Positions 9,389 through 15,838 of a stretch of DNA of 64,000 bases are shown here, piece by piece. This DNA comes from Acidimicrobiales bacterium. GTDB lineage: Bacteria > Actinomycetota > Acidimicrobiia > Acidimicrobiales > Aldehydirespiratoraceae. A program made the position numbers and the translations under genes. The DNA is taken from the NCBI GenBank assembly GCA_965207755.1, contig OZ242297.1:2311406-2375405 (forward strand), written 5' to 3'. The notes beneath the pieces are model-generated. The model was not told the DNA's origin. It saw only the letters and a program-made list of their open reading frames with translations, and searched no databases. Numbering within the stretch: the stretch's first letter is position 1; each line of letters starts with the position of its first letter.

Positions 9389-9837
9389 GACGGTTTGTGC
9401 TTGTCGAGCGGCCCCCAGCCGCTGCCGCCGGTGTAGGTGCCCTCGTAGGCCTCTGCTGTCAGCGTGATGCCGCTGTAGATGATCCCGACCTGCAGGCATC
9501 TGTTCCTGTAGCGGCGGTTGATCTCATCGGCGTCGGCGCCGCTGGCGGGAGTCTCCTGCTGCCACCGCTCCGCCAGCGTCGTCACCGCCAGGTCAGCGGC
9601 CCTCTGACGGGCATCGCTCGAGCGGACCCTCTCCGCGGCGCCGCCCACCGTGTCGCCCATGAGCACCACCGCAACCGCGGCGATCCCCGCCACCGCGGCC
9701 ACCACCAGCAGCCACTCCAGAGTCGTCAACCCCTCCTCGCGCCCGGGCCGCGCACCGGTCCTGCCGCGCCGGCCGATGCCCGGGCCGCCGCCGACCGGGC
9801 GCAGGCCGCCGCGGCGTCGCCTACCCGGCGCCGTCAT
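9373..9837 (-). CDS. Type-IV/Flp-pilin-like protein, copy 1 (basic leader, G/LTTLEW motif, hydrophobic helix, C-terminal Cys pair)
   Basis: MTAPGRRRRGGLRPVGGGPGIGRRGRTGARPGREEG|LTTLEWLLVVAAVAGIAAVAVVL, with Glu at +5 after the Gly. The start was chosen by alignment with copy 2. Two conserved Cys lie near the C-terminus. Confidence 0.75.
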   Translation of the reverse strand: MTAPGRRRRGGLRPVGGGPGIGRRGRTGARPGREEGLTTLEWLLVVAAVAGIAAVAVVLMGDTVGGAAERVRSSDARQRAADLAVTTLAERWQQETPASGADADEINRRYRNRCLQVGIIYSGITLTAEAYEGTYTGGSGWGPLDKHKPSCHIR

Positions 9838-12121
9838 GCACGCCGCCCACGGTGATGGCGAAGTCGTGGTATTCGTAGTTCGGCAGGAACACCACCAGGA
9901 AGGACGAGTCCAGGCCGATGCGATGCACTTGGACCGGGCCATACGTGCCGTCATCGCGGGTTGTCTCTATGTAGGGGGTCAACTCGCTCACGTCGAGGAC
10001 CCTGTCTTCGTCGTCGAGCCGGGTCAGGTAGACCCGCAGGTCCTCGACCACCAGGTCCGCCACCTCGCCGGCGACGCTGGGATGCGAGGTCGGCTCCTCA
10101 AGCCGGATGAGCGTCTCGTAGGCTTGGACCCAGTCGTCGCGCGACACGCCCTCGGGGCGGACGATGTGGGGGTACCATCCCAGCACGTGCTCGACCTGAC
10201 CCCAGGTGTCGGCCCAGATGCCGGGCAGTCCCGAGACTAGGAACGAACGCCGCAGGTCCGGCTCGGGCGTCAACTGCGCGCTCACCTCCAAGCCGATCGA
10301 CTCAGGGTCTGAGGGCCCCTGATATCCCCCTATCTCGAAGGGCGCCACCTCGCCGGGCTGCACCGTCAACGGGAACACCCACCTGCCTTCGCCCGCAGAC
10401 ACCGTCACATGGCGAGCGAACAGCCTGTCGGACATGTTCTGCACCAGGCCCCTGACCGTCTCGCCGTCCACCAGCACCGAATCCAGCCGCACCGCCACCT
10501 CGTCGCTGAACACGTCTGAGTCGTAGCGGTCAGGCCAGTAGTCCGCGTACCCGAACTCGATGATGCTCCAAGGCTGGGCCTTCCTCAGCGGCCCCGGAAG
10601 ATCAGCAGCCGCGCCGTCGCCGCCGGGCGTCTCAGAGCCCGGCCGCGGACTCCCATCGGGCCCGTCGGCGCCCTCGGCGCCGTCGTGGGCGCCGCCCACG
10701 GTGATGCCGAGGTTGAATCTGCCGTAGGTGCTGCCCGGGGTCGGCAGGAACACCACTAGGCGGTGTCTGTTCTCGCGGTCGGCTCGGCGCGCCGGGACCA
10801 CGCGGCGTCTGCCGTCGTTGCCGGTCACCTGTGCGTAGGGGGTCAACTCGCTCACGTCGAGGACCCTGTCCTCGTCGTCGAGCCGGGTCAGATAGACCCG
10901 CAGGTCCTCGACCACCAGGTCCGCCGCCTCGCCGGCGACGCTGGGATGCGAGGTCGGCTCCTGAAGCGAGACGGACGTCTCGTAGGCGTGGCCCCTGTCG
11001 CCGCGCGACACGCCCTCAGGGCGCACGATGTGGGGGAACCGGCGATACACCTCCTCGATGTGGTCCCAGGTGCCGGCCCAGACGCCGGGCAATCCCGAGA
11101 CCCGGAACGAACGCCGCAGATCCGGCTCAGGCGTCAACTGCGCGCTCACCTCCAAACCGATCGACTCAGGGTCTGCCGGCCCGCGGTAGCCGTCGATCTC
11201 GAAGGGCGCCACCTCGCCGGGCTGCACCGTCAACGGGAACACCCACCTGCCTTCGCCCGCAGACACCGTCACATGGCGAGCGAACAGCCTGTCGGACATG
11301 TTCTGCACCAGGCCCCTGACCGTATCGCCGTCCACCAGCACCGAATCCAGCCGCACCGCCACCTCGTCGCTGAACACTTCTGAGTCGTAGCGGTCAGGCC
11401 AGCCGTCCAAGTACCCCAACTCAAAGAAGGCCCCATTTCCCAGCGCGCGCCTCAGCGGCCCCGGACCATCAGCAACCGCACCGTCGCCGCCCGGCGCCTC
11501 AGAGCCCGGCCGCGAACCCCCATCCGGCGCCTCGGCGCCCGCGCCGGGCTCTCGGGCGCCCCCGACGCCGTCAGGCCCGGCATCACCGGACGGATCCTCC
11601 CCATCAGCCGGGCCGGCAGCATCCCCGGACACCGCGGCCCGCCCCACCGCCACCGCACCAACCCCCCGACCGGGCATCCCGCCAGCGGACCCGTCGCCGG
11701 GCGCGAGCGCCTCCGCGGCGGCGTCACGGACCCCGGCCCCCGCACCGGGCATCCCGCCAGCGGACCCGTCGCCGGCGCCTCCCGCCGCTGCGACCGCACC
11801 CGCAGCATCGCCGGCGTCCCGGCGTGGGTCAGCGATCCCGAAGCCGTCAACGGCACCGGAGCCGGCGTCCTCGAACCACCCGCCGCCGGCGCCGGAGCCC
11901 GTGCCGTCGAACCACTCCGCACCACCGCCGGGCGTGTCAAGCGGATCGCCCGCACCGGACGCGGCGTCGGGCCGCCCGCAGCCCGCCAACAACACAGCCG
12001 CAACCCACCAGACCAGCAGCCGCCTCCGCCCAGTACCGCACCCCCGGCCAAGCACAGCAACGTCGCCCGCCCGCTCGGCCCCATCCGCCCCGACACGCCC
12101 CGCGGGCGTCCGGCCCCGCAT
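9821..12121 (-). CDS. Uncharacterised lipoprotein with two tandem LVQN/QPGEVAPF modules, copy A (766 aa from MRGRTP; alternative ATG at 12145)
   Basis: Signal and lipobox RRRLLVWWVAAVLLAGCG, a Gly/Ala/Asp-rich linker, then two modules of about 270 aa. Near-identical to 15822..18128 except for the last 135 aa or so. Confidence 0.8.
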   Translation of the reverse strand: MRGRTPAGRVGADGAERAGDVAVLGRGCGTGRRRLLVWWVAAVLLAGCGRPDAASGAGDPLDTPGGGAEWFDGTGSGAGGGWFEDAGSGAVDGFGIADPRRDAGDAAGAVAAAGGAGDGSAGGMPGAGAGVRDAAAEALAPGDGSAGGMPGRGVGAVAVGRAAVSGDAAGPADGEDPSGDAGPDGVGGAREPGAGAEAPDGGSRPGSEAPGGDGAVADGPGPLRRALGNGAFFELGYLDGWPDRYDSEVFSDEVAVRLDSVLVDGDTVRGLVQNMSDRLFARHVTVSAGEGRWVFPLTVQPGEVAPFEIDGYRGPADPESIGLEVSAQLTPEPDLRRSFRVSGLPGVWAGTWDHIEEVYRRFPHIVRPEGVSRGDRGHAYETSVSLQEPTSHPSVAGEAADLVVEDLRVYLTRLDDEDRVLDVSELTPYAQVTGNDGRRRVVPARRADRENRHRLVVFLPTPGSTYGRFNLGITVGGAHDGAEGADGPDGSPRPGSETPGGDGAAADLPGPLRKAQPWSIIEFGYADYWPDRYDSDVFSDEVAVRLDSVLVDGETVRGLVQNMSDRLFARHVTVSAGEGRWVFPLTVQPGEVAPFEIGGYQGPSDPESIGLEVSAQLTPEPDLRRSFLVSGLPGIWADTWGQVEHVLGWYPHIVRPEGVSRDDWVQAYETLIRLEEPTSHPSVAGEVADLVVEDLRVYLTRLDDEDRVLDVSELTPYIETTRDDGTYGPVQVHRIGLDSSFLVVFLPNYEYHDFAITVGGVHDGAG

Positions 12122-12123
12122 CG

Positions 12124-12479
12124 TCACACTCGGTGCCAGCTGCATGTCCCCTGTGTGGGGCAGTGCTTGATGTAGAGGACCCTGGTACCCACAGCATTCA
12201 CGAACCCTTCACCGAGAACCCTCCGGGCAGCGCACGTCGGCCGCCGCGGACCCCGCACCGAGACGCCGCAGCCGCTCCGGCGCGCCCTCCAGCCCAGGAA
12301 ACCCCACCAGACCGAACACCGCCGCCGACACCGCCGGCAGCCACAACAGACCCGGACGCGCCCGACCTGTCCGCCGGACCGCCCCGCATCTGCACGGCGA
12401 CCGTCGCTGCACCCCCAAAACTGTACACAACCCTCACCGGCCGCCACAGCCGCCCACCCCGGACACGCCGGCTGCCATG
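12124..12479 (-). pseudogene. Deletion derivative of the leader-ORF plus 884-aa gene: 73-aa leader ORF copy (12209..12430) joined to the last 27 codons or so of the large gene
   Basis: The DNA about 12205-12479 matches about 20775-21055. The 12124-12210 segment encodes ...FVNAVGTRVLYIKHCPTQGTCSWHRV, identical to the C-terminus of the 18131..20785 protein. The roughly 2.5 kb in between is absent. Confidence 0.75.
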
Positions 12480-12486
12480 CGCCCGG

Positions 12487-12862
12487 GCCGGACCGGCCAC
12501 GACCGACGCCACCAAGCCCCGGTCCGTGCCCGACTGGTCGACCACCCGGGCGCCGATCAGCTCGTGGACCCACAGCTCATCGGGGTCCGCGATCGGCGCG
12601 GCCCGCAGCACCAGCCCCCTCAGAGCCTCGGCCTGGATGCGGTCGCCGATGCCGGCGAAGGCCACCAGGTGGCGCTTGTTGTGGGGTCGGGCCGAGGAGA
12701 CCTGCAGGGTCCCCGAGTCGGTCCGCAGCTCCGATCCGGGCGCCAGGCGCTCGGGCCGGTTCGACACCAGAGTGACGGTCACCTCGCCGCCGGTGCCGTG
12801 GGGCCGCCCGACGCGGCCGACCTCCAGCAGCGGCGCCGTCCCGGCGCCGGACGAGTCGGCCT
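12487..12862 (-). pseudogene. Partial copy of rimM (roughly residues 5-128), lacking its own start and the C-terminal PRC-barrel end
   Basis: The DNA aligns base for base with 3709-4083, with scattered substitutions. It encodes DSSGAGTAPLLEVGRVGRPHGTGGEVTVTLVSNRPERLAPGSELRTD...IADPDELWVHELIGARVVDQSGTDRGLV. Confidence 0.85.
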
Positions 12863-12882
12863 GTTCAGTCACGCAGCCCGGA

Positions 12883-13137
12883 AGGCGCCCGATAGCCCAA
12901 CTCCTCGCCGCCGAAGCCGAGACTGTGGCCACAGCCGTACAGACACCCCGCCTGCTGCGCCGCGTCGGTCGCCTCCTCCGGCGACGCCCTCGCCGAGCCG
13001 AACCCGTCCCAGGTCACGTGCGCGTACAGCGCAGCGCCCTCGCGGCCACGCTCGGGCCGGATCTCGAACAGCTCGCCGAAGATCACATTGATGTCGGCCT
13101 GCCCAGGGCTGGGACCCACACGAACCGTCTCATTCCA
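12883..13137 (-). pseudogene. Fragment of a family-X lipoprotein gene (part of the Cys-rich N-domain only)
   Basis: Encodes VRVGPSPGQADINVIFGELFEIRP...LYAHVTWDGFGSARASPEEATDAAQQAGCLYGCGHSLGFGGEELGYRAP, matching the interior of 7703..9388 (DNA about 8490-8760). It has no signal peptide and no module. Confidence 0.8.
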
Positions 13138-13169
13138 GGCGCGCATGAGCGGACGGGTGCCTGTGTGCG

Positions 13170-14978
13170 TCACGGGCCCGCCGCGTCTGCGCGTGTCCAC
13201 GGGCCTGCGCCGCCTATGTGCAGCACGGCCTCGACTTCGATCGGGTCGTATTCGCTGTCGGCGGCCCAGTAGAACTCCAGACCGAAGTCGTAGATCAACT
13301 CGCCCATGCCGTTGTACTGGAGGTTGCCGTCTTCGTCGCGCACAGGCAGCCCCCTCAGCGGCTCGTCAGGGTCGGCCCAGCCGTTCTCGGGGACCAGCCG
13401 ATGCACCGCGAACACTCTGCCGTGCCCGTCGAGGAACGTCAGATAGGCGCGCATTTCCTCAACGACCAGATCCTCCAACCCGGCCACCACATCGGGATGC
13501 GACTCCGGCGCCACCAACTCCACAGAGATGTTCCACTCGCGCATATTGACCTCATCGCCGGGTCCCAGCGACGGATCCAGAGGCGCCCAGTTCGCGCCGA
13601 AGTCCGGGTCCGCCATCTGCTGCTGCACCCAGCCGACGTCCCAATACGACGAATGCAGCGCACCGAACGGGAAATCGGCGAAGAACGAGCGGCTCAGGTC
13701 AGGCTGCGGCGACAGCGCCGCGCTCACCTCGACCTCAGACGGCTCCGGCAGCACAGAGGACCCGGCGGCGTCCAGCACGAACGGCGCCACCTCCCCGGGC
13801 TGCAACGTCAACGCGAACACCGACTCCCGCCCGCCCCACCTCACCGTCACCTCACGCGCGAACAACTCCGCGGACATGTTCTGCACCAGCCCCAGCATCT
13901 CGCCGCCGCGCAGCGCCACCGAATCCCACAACAGCACCACCTCATCGACAGGCGCCTCCACCGCGAACGCCCCATAGGGCGCCTCATAGCCCAACAACTG
14001 GCCGCCGTAGCCGAGATTGTGGCCACAGCCATACAGGCACGCCCCCTCCTGCACCGCCTCCGTCGCCTCCTCGGGCGACCCCCTCGCCGGCCCGAACCCG
14101 CGCCAAGTCAAATGCACATACAACCGGCCGCGGTCGCCGCCGCACTCACCGTCTTGGAAATCGGCGATCTTCAGGCCCATCAGATACAGATCAGACGACG
14201 GCGGATCGGCGACACGCACCACCTTCTCGAACATCGCCGCCACCGCGTCGGCGTCACAAACCTCCAAGACATCGCCCATAACCGCATCCCAAGGTAGATA
14301 CCCCCAGGGCTCGTCGCTGCGAAGCGGACCCTGACCATTCGCAACCACCGCCCCGCGCTGGTGCGGCCGGCCAACCAACTCGCCAGGCTCACGGAACCCG
14401 CCCGAACCCCCCGACCCAGACACCGAAACCTCCTCCGAAACACCCACCCCGCCGCCATCAACAACAGCCCCGACATCATCAACGGCCCCGCCATCGACGG
14501 ATCCGCCATCATCAACGGCCCCATCACCGGCCCCGCCATCATCAACAACCCGTCCGCCGTCAGCGACACCGCCGCCAACAGCATCACCGCCGCCGCCGTC
14601 AACGACCACGACACTGGAAGGCATGCGCTCGTCGGACAGGCCCCCACCAGCACCCGTATCCGACACATCCCCAGCCGACACCGCCCCGCCGCCGGCTCCT
14701 GCAGCGGCATCGGCTGCGGGCCCATGCCCGTGCCCCGGATCAGAGAACGAGCGACCGTCGACTGCCTCACCGCCGCCGGGCTCGGCTGCGGGCTCAGAGA
14801 TGTGCCCCCGATCAGAGAACCAGCCGCCGACACGCTCGTCCACGGCCGGGGGCGCCGCCTCGCCTCCGCCGTCAGGCTCAGACGGCGCGCACGACACGGC
14901 CCCGACCAGCGCCGCCAACACCAACCCCGCGCCGCCCAGGACCCGAAGCCGGCCATCCTTCACCGTCGAAGCTCGCAT
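13170..14978 (-). CDS. Uncharacterised lipoprotein, family X copy 2
   Basis: The ATG at 14978 gives MRASTVKDGRLRVLGGAGLVLAALVGAVSC, a lipobox. It has a Gly/Asp/Val low-complexity linker, a CLYGCGHNLGYGG N-domain and one LVQN/QPGEVAPF module. It ends HIGGAGPWTRADAAGP, like copy 1. Confidence 0.8.
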   Translation of the reverse strand: MRASTVKDGRLRVLGGAGLVLAALVGAVSCAPSEPDGGGEAAPPAVDERVGGWFSDRGHISEPAAEPGGGEAVDGRSFSDPGHGHGPAADAAAGAGGGAVSAGDVSDTGAGGGLSDERMPSSVVVVDGGGGDAVGGGVADGGRVVDDGGAGDGAVDDGGSVDGGAVDDVGAVVDGGGVGVSEEVSVSGSGGSGGFREPGELVGRPHQRGAVVANGQGPLRSDEPWGYLPWDAVMGDVLEVCDADAVAAMFEKVVRVADPPSSDLYLMGLKIADFQDGECGGDRGRLYVHLTWRGFGPARGSPEEATEAVQEGACLYGCGHNLGYGGQLLGYEAPYGAFAVEAPVDEVVLLWDSVALRGGEMLGLVQNMSAELFAREVTVRWGGRESVFALTLQPGEVAPFVLDAAGSSVLPEPSEVEVSAALSPQPDLSRSFFADFPFGALHSSYWDVGWVQQQMADPDFGANWAPLDPSLGPGDEVNMREWNISVELVAPESHPDVVAGLEDLVVEEMRAYLTFLDGHGRVFAVHRLVPENGWADPDEPLRGLPVRDEDGNLQYNGMGELIYDFGLEFYWAADSEYDPIEVEAVLHIGGAGPWTRADAAGP

Positions 14979-15374
14979 CACGACAGCAGCGAGCCGACGG
15001 CCGGGTCGATCCACTCGCAGGCCGCCGCAGTCGCGGCCACAGCCGCGCCGCATTCCTCGTTGTCGCCCGCCCTCACATAGAGCACCCTTCCGTCCACGTT
15101 GCCGACGTACCAGCCGTTGCCGTGCGGTCCCAGCCTCGACGCTCGCGCGTACTGGTCGTCTGGGACGGCCTTGATCAGCGTGTGGGCGTAGCCGGTGTGC
15201 GCCTTGGGGAACACCGCGTACTTGGTGCCTTCGTGCGCGATCTTGTCCGGGTTGGTCAACGAGACGAACGCGACCTGTCCTCTTGGCGAACCTGTAGACG
15301 CTGCCCGCGGGGTTGCACGACCCGCCGTAGACGCGCAGCCCGCCGTCGCCGCACGCCTCGACCGGCGCCGTCAT
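14978..15374 (-). pseudogene. Stand-alone paralog of the C-terminal domain of the 884-aa protein; apparently split by a 1-nt frame change
   Basis: The ATG at 15374 (ATGA overlap with the pilin-like stop) gives MTAPVEACGDGGLRVYGGSCNPAGSVYRFAKRTG. Homology then continues in the next frame: VAFVSLTNPDKIAHEGTKYAVFPKAHTGYAHTLIKAVP...GWYVGNVDGRVLYVRAG. Compare ...GGATVYHPDG...LGFVSFTDTDGTKYAAFP...GWFVNAVGTRVLYIKHC in the large protein. Confidence 0.6.
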
Positions 15375-15838
15375 CGGATCGCGAGAATGCTGCACAGCGG
15401 CGTGTTGTGCCAGCCGGTCGGCCGGTCGGGGTCATAGATGCCTTCGACGATGTCGGTTCCCGCCAAAACGTCGGCGTAGATGATCTCCAGTCGCCGGCAC
15501 CGCCGCCGGTAGCGGGCGTTGATCTGGTCGGCGTCGCTCTGTGTGGAGGGCCGCTGCTGCTGCCAGGCGTCCTCGAGCTCGGTGGCCGCGAGGTCCGCGG
15601 CCTCCTGACGCGCGCTGTGGGATCCGACCTGCTCGGCCGTGCCGCCGACCACGCTCTGCACCAGCACCACGCCCAGCGCGGCCAGCCCCGCCACCGCGGC
15701 CACCACCAGCAGCCACTCCAGAGTCGTCAACCCCTCATCGCGCCCGGGCCGCGCACCGGTCCTGCCGCGCCGGCCGGTGCCCGGGCCACCGCCGACCGGG
15801 CGCAGGCCACCACGGCGTCGCCTACCCGGCGCCGTCAT
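15371..15838 (-). CDS. Type-IV/Flp-pilin-like protein, copy 2
   Basis: MTAPGRRRRGGLRPVGGGPGTGRRGRTGARPGRDEG|LTTLEWLLVVAAVAGLAALGVVL. The first 50 aa or so are nearly identical to copy 1 and the mature part is divergent. The Cys pair is conserved. Confidence 0.78.
   Translation of the reverse strand: MTAPGRRRRGGLRPVGGGPGTGRRGRTGARPGRDEGLTTLEWLLVVAAVAGLAALGVVLVQSVVGGTAEQVGSHSARQEAADLAATELEDAWQQQRPSTQSDADQINARYRRRCRRLEIIYADVLAGTDIVEGIYDPDRPTGWHNTPLCSILAIR

Noticed and set aside
9838-9954. Longer 193-aa version of pilin-like protein 1
   Set aside because: The extra 39 N-terminal residues overlap the end of the upstream lipoprotein gene. They have no counterpart in copy 2, which starts at the equivalent MTAPGRRRR.
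12198-12932. 244-aa ORF as a genuine new gene
   Set aside because: It is stitched together from a family-X fragment, a rimM fragment and an out-of-frame passage across the leader-ORF copy. It is most simply recombination debris and is annotated as pseudogene pieces. Expression remains untested.
15368-15376. TGA at the end of the pilin-like gene as selenocysteine or read-through fusing it to the downstream domain
   Set aside because: I saw no SECIS-like hairpin. The N-terminal part of the downstream domain is homologous in a different frame that starts at the overlapping ATG. This argues for a separate, frame-split gene rather than read-through.
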